DNA of 64,000 nucleotides from Spirochaetia bacterium (GTDB lineage: Bacteria > Spirochaetota > Spirochaetia > DSM-27196 > Salinispiraceae), in contig JBBRCZ010000005.1 of assembly GCA_038204425.1 (NCBI GenBank), forward strand, positions 131,624-195,623, read 5' to 3'. Shown one piece after another: positions 40,085 to 49,853 of the stretch; position 1 is the stretch's first letter, and each line of letters opens with the position of its first letter. Under the pieces are notes generated by a model. It made no database searches. It saw only the letters and a program-made list of their open reading frames with translations, and was not told the DNA's origin. The translations under genes were made by a program, and so were the position numbers.

Positions 40085-42244
40085 ATGGCAGAGTTAAGCA
40101 CTTCAAAAGACAAGAAGAAGTACTTTTTTAACCGGGAGCTTAGCTGGATAGAATTTAATCGCCGAGTTTTGGCCGAGGCCCAAGATCAAGAAAAACCACT
40201 GCTCGAACGGCTCAAGTTTATTGCCATCGTTAGTTCCAACTTTGATGAATTTTTCGCAATTAGGGTGGCTTCTATTCGCCGTCAGTATCGAAACGGCAAC
40301 TACATTGTCTGCCCAACCGGTCTTAGTCCGGAGAAACAGCTCTTGGAAATCAGCAAACGGATCAATTCAATCATAAGTGAACAATACGATTGCCTACTTA
40401 ACGAAATCATGCCAGGACTAAACAGTCATGGTTTAGTCTTTCATACGCAAGGTAGCTTTAACGAAGAACAAAAAGAATACCTACGTATAAAGTTTAAAGC
40501 GGATGTTTTTCCGGTTTTGACGCCAGTCCGCTTTCATGCAAAGAATCCTGCTGGAATATTTGGCAACCTACGTTTGCATATCGCCTTCCTGCTTGAAAAA
40601 AAGACAGAAGAGAAAACAAGTGCCTCCGCTGCGGATGCGGACAATGAGACTACCCAAATAGCAATTGTGCAAATTCCATCATCACTTAAGAGAATAATCT
40701 TTTTGCCAGAGCAGGGAGAAAAACTTGGCTACACTTTCTTAGAAACGCTGATTTGCGACCATGCTGACGATCTTTTTCCAGGATACCTGATCAAGGAACA
40801 TTTGATATTCCGCACCACCCGAGATGCTGATGTCGGCGTTGACGAATCGCGGGACGAGGATTTTGTTGAGGCGCTAGAGAAAATTCTATGTCACCGCGAT
40901 TTGGGCAACGTGGTGAGACTAAACGTAAGCAAAACCAGTGAACTTTTAAAGTCGATGATAGCTGACAGTCTGGGTCTGGAACACTATGAAATTTTTGAAG
41001 TAGAGCAGCCTTTGGACCCCAGTATCTTTATGGAAATAGCCAGCATCAAAGGCTATGACCACCTAAAGGCAGAATCTTGGCGTCCGGTGGAGTCGATTGA
41101 TTTCTCTGAAGATGTTTCTATTTTTGATAGCATCAAAGAAAAGGATATTCTCCTGATGCAGCCCTATGAGTCCTTTAAGCCGGTAGTGCGCTTGATAGAA
41201 GAAGCCGCCGACGACCCCGAAGTGCTGGCTATCAAAATGACCTTATATCGAACCAGCGGAGACTCGCCTATTGTTAAAGCCCTCGAGAGGGCGGCCCAAA
41301 ATGGCAAGCATGTCACAGTTTTGGTAGAACTCAAGGCACGCTTTGACGAGGCGCGCAACATCTCCTGGGCAGAGCGACTCAATGCGGTTGGCGTGGTGGT
41401 AATTTATGGGGTCGTTGGTCTAAAGGTTCATGCCAAGGCGCTTCTGATCATTCGTAAGGAGAACGAGGGTATCCGGCGCTACTTGCATTTGTCTACCGGC
41501 AACTACAACGACAAAACAGCAAAGCTATACAGCGACCTGAGTTTGTTTACTTCTAAAGAGGACTTTTGCTATGAAGCCGGCCAGTTCTTCAATGCCATTA
41601 CTGGCTATTCGGTTATTCCGGTACTCGGCAAACTAAGTATGGCACCAACCGTGCTGAAGGCGCGACTGCTTCAGTTGATAGATCGAGAAATTCAAAAGTC
41701 GAGCGTCGAGTCGCCGGGGCTTATCATTGCAAAGATGAATGCTGTGGTCGATGTCGACTTAATCAACTCGCTCTATATCGCCAACCAAGTCAATGTGCAA
41801 GTGATCTTAATCATCAGAGGCATTTGTCTTTTGGTACCGGGCTTAGCAGGAAAAAGCGAGAACATCCGAGTTTTTTCAATTCTGGACCGTGTTCTCGAAC
41901 ACACCAGAGCATGTTATTTTAAGAACGGTGGGCTAGAAGAAGTCTACGCCAGCAGTGCCGACTGGATGCCGCGCAACCTAGATGGTCGCATTGAATTGAT
42001 GTTCTCAATAGATGACAAAGACCTAAAAACCAGGGTCAAGGATATGTTGTTCTTGCAAATGGCAGACAACGCCCAGAGCTGGGAACTTAAGTCCAACGGC
42101 AGCTACCTGCGGAGAACCATAGAAGATTCAGACGAACAAATCAGGTCACAGGAACAGCTATACCATGAAGCAGTAAATCGTAATCATAGGTCGGGAAAGT
42201 CTGATCGCCGCGAGTTTAGAGTGAGACGGACGTCTTCTGACTAG
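40085..42244 (+). CDS. ppk1: Polyphosphate kinase 1
   Basis: FFNRELSWIEFNRRVL, AIKMTLYRTSGDSP, VELKARFDEARNI, LKVHAK, HLSTGNYN, SSADWMPRN; start set at MAELS. Confidence 0.97.
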   Translation: MAELSTSKDKKKYFFNRELSWIEFNRRVLAEAQDQEKPLLERLKFIAIVSSNFDEFFAIRVASIRRQYRNGNYIVCPTGLSPEKQLLEISKRINSIISEQYDCLLNEIMPGLNSHGLVFHTQGSFNEEQKEYLRIKFKADVFPVLTPVRFHAKNPAGIFGNLRLHIAFLLEKKTEEKTSASAADADNETTQIAIVQIPSSLKRIIFLPEQGEKLGYTFLETLICDHADDLFPGYLIKEHLIFRTTRDADVGVDESRDEDFVEALEKILCHRDLGNVVRLNVSKTSELLKSMIADSLGLEHYEIFEVEQPLDPSIFMEIASIKGYDHLKAESWRPVESIDFSEDVSIFDSIKEKDILLMQPYESFKPVVRLIEEAADDPEVLAIKMTLYRTSGDSPIVKALERAAQNGKHVTVLVELKARFDEARNISWAERLNAVGVVVIYGVVGLKVHAKALLIIRKENEGIRRYLHLSTGNYNDKTAKLYSDLSLFTSKEDFCYEAGQFFNAITGYSVIPVLGKLSMAPTVLKARLLQLIDREIQKSSVESPGLIIAKMNAVVDVDLINSLYIANQVNVQVILIIRGICLLVPGLAGKSENIRVFSILDRVLEHTRACYFKNGGLEEVYASSADWMPRNLDGRIELMFSIDDKDLKTRVKDMLFLQMADNAQSWELKSNGSYLRRTIEDSDEQIRSQEQLYHEAVNRNHRSGKSDRREFRVRRTSSD

Positions 42245-42256
42245 AAAGGATAGTGA

Positions 42257-43186
42257 GTGTTTTCATCTTTCTTTTCCTTAAATGGAACCATACTGCCGAT
42301 TGAACTGGCCAAAATTGAGCTCGATGACATAGATTTTGTCTATGGCTATGGAGTTTATGAGACACTCAAAGTACGCAAGGGCTTACTCTATTTTGCTGAG
42401 CTGCATGCTCAACGGCTCTTCCTTTCGGCAAGAACCATCGGACTCACTCTGGATTTTAGCCAAGCAGAGCTAATAGCCTGGCTGCAGGAAATAATCGCAA
42501 AAAGCCAGCGAAGTGATGCTAACGTTAAAATTTTACTGATAGGACGCGACAAAGAGAAGAGTCTCAGTCAAAAAGACTCAGATCTCTACATGATGGTTCT
42601 GCCAGCTTTTTTTCCACCACGGACACGGTATCGCGATGGCTCGGCGGCGATGCTTTTTAGGGCTGAGCGCTGGCTTGCACAAGCTAAAACGCTCAATATG
42701 TTGGCTAGTACCATAGCATTTAGGGAGGCTCAAGCTGCCTCGGCCTATGATGCAATTTTGGTCAATCGGTACGACCAGTTAACCGAAGGTACGCGAACCA
42801 ACCTTTTCTATACCGATGGAAGCAAAGTCTATTCACCGCCAAAAACAGACGTACTTGAGGGTGTAACCAAGCTCACTTTGCAGGAATCTTGGCGCATTGG
42901 CTTGGGAATAGAGATCATAGAACGAGCTTTGAGCATCAAAGACCTAGAGGGTGGGTTTGCACTTGAGGGCATTTTTGTCTCAAGCACTTCAACAAAACTC
43001 ATGCCTATCACCAGACTGTTTGCTGCTGATAGCAATAGTCCAGGAGCACTAGGCACCGTCTTTGCTGGGCTAGACCTCAAGCTGCCCGAACTAGGTAAGG
43101 CTTTGATCGATTGCTATGACACCTGGTTAAAAGACTATGCTTTGGGGGAAGAACGTAGCGGCAAAAAACTCGTCAAAAGCAAATAA
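42257..43186 (+). CDS. PLP-dependent aminotransferase class IV (IlvE/PabC-like)
   Basis: YGYGVYETLKV, H..RL, AKTLNML, TEGTRTNLF, VLEGVTK. Confidence 0.88.
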   Translation: MFSSFFSLNGTILPIELAKIELDDIDFVYGYGVYETLKVRKGLLYFAELHAQRLFLSARTIGLTLDFSQAELIAWLQEIIAKSQRSDANVKILLIGRDKEKSLSQKDSDLYMMVLPAFFPPRTRYRDGSAAMLFRAERWLAQAKTLNMLASTIAFREAQAASAYDAILVNRYDQLTEGTRTNLFYTDGSKVYSPPKTDVLEGVTKLTLQESWRIGLGIEIIERALSIKDLEGGFALEGIFVSSTSTKLMPITRLFAADSNSPGALGTVFAGLDLKLPELGKALIDCYDTWLKDYALGEERSGKKLVKSK

Positions 43187-43187
43187 C

Positions 43188-44408
43188 CTAGTAAAAGACG
43201 TATTTTATACTTGTCCTAAAGCCAGTGCTTTCTTCGCTTTTTGTTGGCTTAAGTAAGGTCAAAAAAAGTTCTGTCCGCGGTCTGATCCTCATTTTTACCG
43301 TCTTGCCGCGCGAAGAATCAAGGTTAGTGAGGGTAAAGTTGACTTCGACATCGATGCCTCGCTCAGTCCCATTGGCGATAAAAACTACGTAGGCATCGTC
43401 AACAAGTTCATAGCGAATATCTGGACCTTTGGCAGTTGGAGCATCGGCGATATATGATTCAAAATCACTGTTAACGAGATTGGCGCCAAAAATTGCCTTA
43501 AAGGTTGGCATTCCCGGTACATAACCATAGAAATATTTTCCGGCCTCAGGGCTAACAATTTTGCCATCGTAGTTGAGAAATTTCAGCGGGATACTTTGCA
43601 TGGTACCGGAAACTGTGGGTACTCTAACGTCAAAGTGTAAATGGGGCCCACTTGATCGCCCGGTGTTGCCCGACAAGCCTATCAAGTCGCCTGCCTCAAT
43701 CTCAGCTCCAACGTTGACCAAGGCTCCATCAAACTGTAAATGCACATAGTTGCCAAAAGTACCGTCGGAATGGTAGATCCTGATAAAGTTCCCATAGTCG
43801 TTAAACTGGGGGCCGGGTCCACCAATTTTTGAGTCTTCTTTGACTTCAATAACCAAACCGCCACGGGCGGCATGGATGGGCGTCCCTTCGGGCATGGTAA
43901 AGTCAACTGCATATTGATTTTGTCCAAAGTGAGAAAAGCGGCCATTAAAAGCCTGATCTACGCGAAACTTTTTTCCATGTTCAATTGGTATTAGATAGGC
44001 GTAGTCGTTGTCGAGCACCAAAGAGAGCGGATTGCCCAAGACGGTAAAGTACTCCAGACTAAAACTCGTGCGCCGGCCAGACCCAGGAACCAAGCTAAAG
44101 AGCTCGTAGCGCGTTGTTTGTGCTGCGAGTGCAATTTCCAGGGGCAAGGGCACGCTGGCAGTCAGATTGACTAAGGAAGGAAAGCTTACCCGAGTAAATG
44201 CCGTAATTATAGCGGTATTGTCGGCAAAAAAAGTATAAGAGTCGTCTGAGTTGAGCTCATGGTAAACTCTAATAGGGTCAGGATTTTGTTGGGCGTTGGC
44301 AAGTTCAATACCAGCGCAACAAAATAGTAAGACCAGCAGCATCGCTAGGCGGATCGAGAATACATTCAGACTTTGTAATAGTGAAAATCGCATTACTATA
44401 CTTCGCAT
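43188..44408 (-). CDS. Secreted M23-family metallopeptidase
   Basis: Signal peptide; SH...YAVDFTMPEGTPIHAARGG, YVHL, GNTGRSSGPHLHF. Confidence 0.92.
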   Translation of the reverse strand: MRSIVMRFSLLQSLNVFSIRLAMLLVLLFCCAGIELANAQQNPDPIRVYHELNSDDSYTFFADNTAIITAFTRVSFPSLVNLTASVPLPLEIALAAQTTRYELFSLVPGSGRRTSFSLEYFTVLGNPLSLVLDNDYAYLIPIEHGKKFRVDQAFNGRFSHFGQNQYAVDFTMPEGTPIHAARGGLVIEVKEDSKIGGPGPQFNDYGNFIRIYHSDGTFGNYVHLQFDGALVNVGAEIEAGDLIGLSGNTGRSSGPHLHFDVRVPTVSGTMQSIPLKFLNYDGKIVSPEAGKYFYGYVPGMPTFKAIFGANLVNSDFESYIADAPTAKGPDIRYELVDDAYVVFIANGTERGIDVEVNFTLTNLDSSRGKTVKMRIRPRTELFLTLLKPTKSEESTGFRTSIKYVFY

Positions 44409-44417
44409 TACTATACT
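44388..44417. repeat. Perfect 15-bp tandem duplication spanning the M23 start codon
   Basis: TCGCATTACTATACT at 44388-44402 and 44403-44417. Confidence 0.9.
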
Positions 44418-44458
44418 ATAGTGGGAACCACAATGCTTTGAAAGAAAGGTGAGCGCCC

Positions 44459-45652
44459 ATGCCAGCTAAAAAATCAAGATTGTTTCTATTTATAGTTTTT
44501 TTTGGACTGCTGGGAGTACTAGAAGCTCAGGACGGTGCAAGTCAATCAGGGGCTTTGGAGCTGTCGTTTGCCGGAGACATTATGGCTCACGACCACAACT
44601 TTAAGCACAAGCCTTATTTGCGAATGTACGAGTCGCTGATTCCCTTGCTCTACTCGGATGATTTAACCTTTGGCAACCTTGAGTTTCCCGTTGTAGAGGA
44701 CAAGCCATACGCAAGTTATCCCAACTTCAATGTCAAAAGAGAATACGTCCAAGCTGCCATTGAGGCCGGATTTGATGTTTTTTCGATGGCAAACAACCAC
44801 AGCGGCGACCGCGGCATGTCGGGCATAATTGCTAGCCAAGAATCAATGAAGGTCCTGAAAACGAGCAACGCTAGCGCCGGCCGCAGCATTTGGTTTAATG
44901 GCCTAAGACCTGCTAATGCAGACCCAAAAAAGACCAAGAAAGACGAAAATTTTGAACTAAGCCTCATAGAAGTAAAAGGCAAGAAGATTGGTTTTGTGTC
45001 GGTAACTGAGTTTATAAACGGAAATAGTACCCAAACCGCGGTTCAGATGCTCTCCTATCCCAACGAAACCAAATTCCAGACCTTTCTGGAATGGATAGAG
45101 GGCCAAAGGAAAGAGCTTGACCTGCTAGTGCTCAGCTTTCACTGGGGTACGGAGTACTCGCTCACAGCCAGCAACCAGCAAAAAATGGCTGCCCAGCGTT
45201 TGGTGGACGCCGGGGTAGATATTTTATGGGGTCACCATCCACATGTTTTGCAAGCATGGTACCTTTTAGAAAGCAAACGCGGAAAAGCACTGGTTATGCC
45301 CTCGCTTGGCAACTTTGTAAGCGGCCAAGGTTGGTACATAAATTCGTCCTATCTAAAACGAAAAGAAGCCGACCGAGGTGATTCAGCTTTGTTTAAACTA
45401 AAGGTAGAATTTGACGCCCAAGGCAAGATTCAACTTAACAAAATAAGGCCTGTCCTGATTCATCACCGACGAATGAGTGATGATTCTGTGGCGGTTTTTC
45501 CCTATCAGCAGCTCTTACTGGCTTCGGGAGATTGGGGCATCTACTACCGCAAGCGTTTTGAAATTTTGACCAAGCACTTTCCCGAGAGTTACCAAGCCAG
45601 TCTGTTTTGGGACGAAGAATTGATAAACAAAGGGCGTAGTTTGCCACAATAG
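44459..45652 (+). CDS. CapA/PGA-synthesis-family metallophosphoesterase, secreted
   Basis: FAGDIMAH, GNLEFP, SMANNHSGD, HWGTEY, WGHHPHVLQ, SLGNFVS. Confidence 0.92.
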   Translation: MPAKKSRLFLFIVFFGLLGVLEAQDGASQSGALELSFAGDIMAHDHNFKHKPYLRMYESLIPLLYSDDLTFGNLEFPVVEDKPYASYPNFNVKREYVQAAIEAGFDVFSMANNHSGDRGMSGIIASQESMKVLKTSNASAGRSIWFNGLRPANADPKKTKKDENFELSLIEVKGKKIGFVSVTEFINGNSTQTAVQMLSYPNETKFQTFLEWIEGQRKELDLLVLSFHWGTEYSLTASNQQKMAAQRLVDAGVDILWGHHPHVLQAWYLLESKRGKALVMPSLGNFVSGQGWYINSSYLKRKEADRGDSALFKLKVEFDAQGKIQLNKIRPVLIHHRRMSDDSVAVFPYQQLLLASGDWGIYYRKRFEILTKHFPESYQASLFWDEELINKGRSLPQ

Positions 45653-45737
45653 TCGCGAGAATTGGGACAACTATGCTGTTTTGCGGGCAGTCATTGAGGC
45701 CAATTTTTGCTACAATGAACTGCGGAGGAGTTTGTGG

Positions 45738-46607
45738 ATGGCAAGAATAGTTGTTCCCGAGGCAGAGGCAATAGTTGATCAAGAGTTTAAGGTTCTGGAC
45801 AAGGGCTTTGTTCGATTGGTTGACTACATGGGTGGCGACGAACGCATTGTGCAGGCCGCTCGTGTTTCCTATGGAAGTGGTACCAAGAGCTTTAGACAAG
45901 ACCAAGCACTCATCGATTATTTGTTACGGAACGAGCATACTTCTCCTTTTGAACAGGTGATTCTAACTTTTCATTGCAAAATGCCAGTCTTTGTCGCTCG
46001 ACAATGGGTACGACATAGAACTGCCCGCCTCAACGAAATTAGCGGCCGCTACAGCGTCATGAAGGATGAGTTTTATGTACCGGCCGGCGAAGACATTGCT
46101 CTACAAAGTGACGACAACAAACAAGGCCGGCAAAACCAAGCGGTAAGTCCCGAGCTCCAAGTAAAGGTAACAGACGAACTTGTCCAGCAACAGACCTTGG
46201 CTTATCAATCTTATCTTGGGTTGCTTGACGATGGTTTGGCGCGCGAGCTAGCCCGCATTAATCTGCCACTTTCTACTTACACCGAGTGGTACTGGCAAAT
46301 CGATCTGCACAACCTATTCCACTTTTTGCGCTTGCGCATGGACGCTCACGCTCAAAAAGAAATCAGAGACTACGCTGAAGTAATGTATAAAATCTGCGCA
46401 GCGGTTAGTCCGATGGCCACCCAATCCTTTGACAATCACCTGCGCAATGGACTTCGATTCTCGGGTGCCGAGTGGCAGGTACTGTCTGGTCTTTTTGCCA
46501 GCAAGTTGGAAGATAGCGAGCTAGAACGTGCCGCCAAATCCGCCGGTCTAGAAGAAAAACAGATAGAACGGCTAGTCAAAAAAGTGCAGCAGGGACGTCA
46601 GGTCTGA
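45738..46607 (+). CDS. thyX: Flavin-dependent thymidylate synthase
   Basis: HTSPFEQ, RQWVRHRTARLNEISGRYS, ARELARINLP, HAQKEIR; GGAGG RBS before MARIVV. Confidence 0.97.
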   Translation: MARIVVPEAEAIVDQEFKVLDKGFVRLVDYMGGDERIVQAARVSYGSGTKSFRQDQALIDYLLRNEHTSPFEQVILTFHCKMPVFVARQWVRHRTARLNEISGRYSVMKDEFYVPAGEDIALQSDDNKQGRQNQAVSPELQVKVTDELVQQQTLAYQSYLGLLDDGLARELARINLPLSTYTEWYWQIDLHNLFHFLRLRMDAHAQKEIRDYAEVMYKICAAVSPMATQSFDNHLRNGLRFSGAEWQVLSGLFASKLEDSELERAAKSAGLEEKQIERLVKKVQQGRQV

Positions 46608-46631
46608 AGTCCCGCCTTTGGAAATCCACTT

Positions 46632-48209
46632 TTAGAGTCCGGCCTCGATACGCGCGATAACCGTTTCTAGAGTAAACAAGCGCGCAAAGGTCTTAGAGTC
46701 AGCATCTATGCTGTGCCAAGGCGCAATCGCCGGCGAGCAATGGCCAATCATTTCATCGACTGCTTTTTCGTAGTCATCGCGTTTTTCTCGGTTGCGCCAA
46801 TCTTCTTCAGTTAGCTTCCAGCTTTTGTCGGGGTCGCCTTTGCGGTCTTCAAAGCGTTGCAACTGCTCTTCTGGACTTACATTGAGCCAAAATTTACAAA
46901 TTATGGTGCCGTGATCAACAAGATTCTTTTCGAAACGGTTTATTTCTTCATAAGAGCGTTGCCATACCTCGGGGTCAGAAAACCCTTCTACTCGTTCCAC
47001 CAAAACCCTGCCGTACCAGGATCGGTCAAAGATCGCCAAATGACCATCTTGAGGGACGTGGCGCCAAAAGCGCCATAGGTAGTGGTGACGTATTTCGTGG
47101 CTGTCGGGTGCTGCTATCGGGATTACTCGATAACCGCGCGGGTCGAGGTTGCTACAAAGCCGCCTGATAGCCCCACCTTTTCCAGCCGCATCAAGACCTT
47201 CAAATACGATGACCACCGGGCGCTTTTTTTTGCGAAGTACAAATTGCAGTTGTTGCAGTCTATTTTGAGCTTTGGTAAACCGTGCTTTGTATTCGGAGGC
47301 ATCGAGAACCTGATTTTTTGCAACTAGGCGAGGCGGACTTGCGTTGGCCTTGCTGGGCGCTGTCGACTTTCTGACCTGGCTCTTACTCGTCAGTTTATAG
47401 AGCGCAGTTCCGTGACTACCTTTGGGTACGTAGGGCGCGTGGTGGTCTCTTTGGGCTTGGGTTGCCGTGCCAATCTTTCTTTTTGCGGCTGCCGCTTTTT
47501 GGTAGTTTTCGTCGCCTTCCAAGACCAAGTCAGGGTCGGTGGCGGTTTCCCAAGTCGCGATGATTTTTTCAAAGATGGCGATGCTGGCAAATCGACTATC
47601 ATCAGCAGGTACAAGTATCCAAGGTGTAAAGTCAAACGAGGACTTTTTGATAAGTGTTTCAAAGTTCTTTTGGTTTTTTGGGTAATCTTGGTTTTGCTTC
47701 CAATCATCTTTTTTGATACGCCAGCGCGTCTCCTCGCTGGACTCGAGTTTTTGGAAGCGCCTTTTCTGTTCCTTCTGCGAGACATGTAAAAAGAATTTGA
47801 GGATCACCACGCCGTCGTCGGCCAGACATTGTTCAAAATTCTCAATACTCTGAACAGATTGGACAGATGAAATCTTGAGCTTGCTGTACCAGCCGTCTTC
47901 CAAAACAGTAATCTGGCCACCGATGGGTGTATTGAGCCAGTATGGCCACAAAAATGGTCGCTGTGAGCCAAGTTTGTCAAGTTCTTTAGCTGAGTGCACT
48001 ACAAATCCGCGCGGATCCAAATGCATGAGCAGGCGATTGATGCAGGTACCTTTGCCTGCGGCTTCCCAACCGTGAAATATTATCAAAGTTGGTCGACCAT
48101 TGGCGTGCAGCTGACGCTGAAGTTGGCCCAGTCTTTGGCCCATGGCATCTTCCAAAATAGAAAAAGCTTGCTTGTCGATCGTTTGGGTTAGATCAAGATC
48201 TTGTAGCAT
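46632..48209 (-). CDS. Two-domain PPK2 (polyphosphate:AMP phosphotransferase type)
   Basis: Domain 1 HGWEAAGKG; domain 2 EGLDAAGKGG, IFDRSWYGRVLVERVEG, WKLTEEDWRNR; start ATG 48209 with GGAGG. Confidence 0.92.
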   Translation of the reverse strand: MLQDLDLTQTIDKQAFSILEDAMGQRLGQLQRQLHANGRPTLIIFHGWEAAGKGTCINRLLMHLDPRGFVVHSAKELDKLGSQRPFLWPYWLNTPIGGQITVLEDGWYSKLKISSVQSVQSIENFEQCLADDGVVILKFFLHVSQKEQKRRFQKLESSEETRWRIKKDDWKQNQDYPKNQKNFETLIKKSSFDFTPWILVPADDSRFASIAIFEKIIATWETATDPDLVLEGDENYQKAAAAKRKIGTATQAQRDHHAPYVPKGSHGTALYKLTSKSQVRKSTAPSKANASPPRLVAKNQVLDASEYKARFTKAQNRLQQLQFVLRKKKRPVVIVFEGLDAAGKGGAIRRLCSNLDPRGYRVIPIAAPDSHEIRHHYLWRFWRHVPQDGHLAIFDRSWYGRVLVERVEGFSDPEVWQRSYEEINRFEKNLVDHGTIICKFWLNVSPEEQLQRFEDRKGDPDKSWKLTEEDWRNREKRDDYEKAVDEMIGHCSPAIAPWHSIDADSKTFARLFTLETVIARIEAGL

Positions 48210-48235
48210 TAACAACCTCCGGATAGGATACAGTC

Positions 48236-48637
48236 ATGGTACAACGCTTTCGTGCAATTGTTGCAGGCACCAAGATTTTAGATTATATACTTCTTGCCTT
48301 ATCTGCGCTGGTGTTTATAGCTTTTTCTTTGTCTATGTGGGCAGAGTCTGGCCAAGGGGCCCAAGTTCGCATCGAAACACCAAGTGGCGTCTACCTTTTT
48401 GACTTAAACCAAGACAAAACTTTTAGCCTAACTGGCTCAAGTGGTCAGAGCTCGTTTACTATCAAAAATGGGTCAGTTTCATTTATTGATTCGCCTTGCC
48501 GTGACAAGTTGTGCGTAAAGAGGGGTCTGCTGTCACAAGGTGGACAATGGAGTGCTTGTTTGCCAAACCGAATGTTTGCCAAAGTCGAAAGCTCCAAGGC
48601 CACCGATTTGCAAGGCACCGACGTCCAGAGCTATTGA
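48236..48637 (+). CDS. NusG domain II-like membrane-anchored protein (EetA-like)
   Basis: One N-terminal TM helix; SPCRDKLCVKRG...WSACLPNR cysteine motif. Confidence 0.88.
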   Translation: MVQRFRAIVAGTKILDYILLALSALVFIAFSLSMWAESGQGAQVRIETPSGVYLFDLNQDKTFSLTGSSGQSSFTIKNGSVSFIDSPCRDKLCVKRGLLSQGGQWSACLPNRMFAKVESSKATDLQGTDVQSY

Positions 48638-48661
48638 GTGCCGACTAAGGAGTAAAAGTCC

Positions 48662-49828
48662 ATGAAAAATCAAGCCGACTACGTTATAGCCGGAGGTGGT
48701 ATGGCAGGGTTAAGTCTGGCCTTGGCCTTGAGTCGCAGTAGTCTTAGTTTTGAGCAAGTGCTAATTTTTGACTTGGAAGAAAAAAAACGCAACGATCGCA
48801 CCTGGTGTTTTTGGACAGACAAAGAGAGCGACTATGATTCAATCTTAGCCCACAAGTGGTCACAACTTTCCTTTATACACCATGACTACCAAGCCACCAT
48901 AGGGCTTGGCGCTTACAGCTACAAAATGTTGCGCGGCGAAGACTTCTATGCCTATGTTCGATCCCAATTGTCGTTGGACAAACGTTTTGAGTTTCGCTAT
49001 CAAGTAGTAGACAGAATATCGGAAGACCTAACGCACGCTTGGATAGAAAGCGGTGATCAGGTTTACTACGCGCACTACATTTTTGACAGTACTTTTATTG
49101 CCAAGGATTTTAAAGTTGACCAAAGTCGCTACTTTTTTCTCAAGCAGCACTTCTATGGTTTGGTCATCAAGACTACCAAGGCTGTTTTTGACGCGCAGAC
49201 ACCGAGCTTTTTTGACTTTAGAACGGGCGTCACTGACGCTTTTAATTTTATGTACTTGCTTCCTGACAGCCCGTACCAAAGCTTGGTTGAGTTCACTTTC
49301 TTTTCCGAGGGTTTGCTGCAAAAGGAGCAGTACTTGGAAGGTCTCAAGCGCTACTTTAGGGAGGTTCTAAAGATTGGTGATGCCGACTATGAGATAGTTG
49401 AAGAAGAACAAGGCATTATTCCGATGACTGACCAAGCCTTTGATCGTTACCTTGGTAAGCGAATTTTGGCTATCGGAACCAAGGCCGGCATGGTTAAGGC
49501 TTGTACCGGTTTTGCTTTTTGGCGGACTCAAAGCGACTGCAAAAGCATAGTCGCATCATTGCAAGAGCATGGCACACCTTTTTTGATCAAAAAGCCGGCC
49601 CGGCGCTATGCGACTTTTGACGCCATGCTGCTGTGCATTCTCAAGTACCAACCCGAGCTGGGCATGAAGATTTTTGCAGTGCTGTTTAAAAAGAACCCCA
49701 TCGACAGAATTTTTCGCTTTTTGGACGAAACAGCTGGGCTTGGCGAAACGTTGAAGTTGATGGCGTCAGTGCCTTGGTGGCCATTTGTTGCAGCCTGGTT
49801 TAGACTAAAGATCCTACGTAAACACTAA
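48662..49828 (+). CDS. crtY: Lycopene cyclase (CrtY/CrtL flavoprotein family)
   Basis: IAGGGMAGLSLA, NDRTWCFW, QHFYG, F.DFR, FMYLLP, LVEFT.FS, EQGIIPM, IGTKAG.VKACTGFAF. Confidence 0.88.
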   Translation: MKNQADYVIAGGGMAGLSLALALSRSSLSFEQVLIFDLEEKKRNDRTWCFWTDKESDYDSILAHKWSQLSFIHHDYQATIGLGAYSYKMLRGEDFYAYVRSQLSLDKRFEFRYQVVDRISEDLTHAWIESGDQVYYAHYIFDSTFIAKDFKVDQSRYFFLKQHFYGLVIKTTKAVFDAQTPSFFDFRTGVTDAFNFMYLLPDSPYQSLVEFTFFSEGLLQKEQYLEGLKRYFREVLKIGDADYEIVEEEQGIIPMTDQAFDRYLGKRILAIGTKAGMVKACTGFAFWRTQSDCKSIVASLQEHGTPFLIKKPARRYATFDAMLLCILKYQPELGMKIFAVLFKKNPIDRIFRFLDETAGLGETLKLMASVPWWPFVAAWFRLKILRKH

Positions 49829-49853
49829 ACAATTTGGCAAGAAAGAAGGCATC

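Noticed and set aside
48236..48637. Transcription factor NusG
   Set aside because: No NGN or KOW domain; only the membrane-anchored domain-II-like Cys protein.
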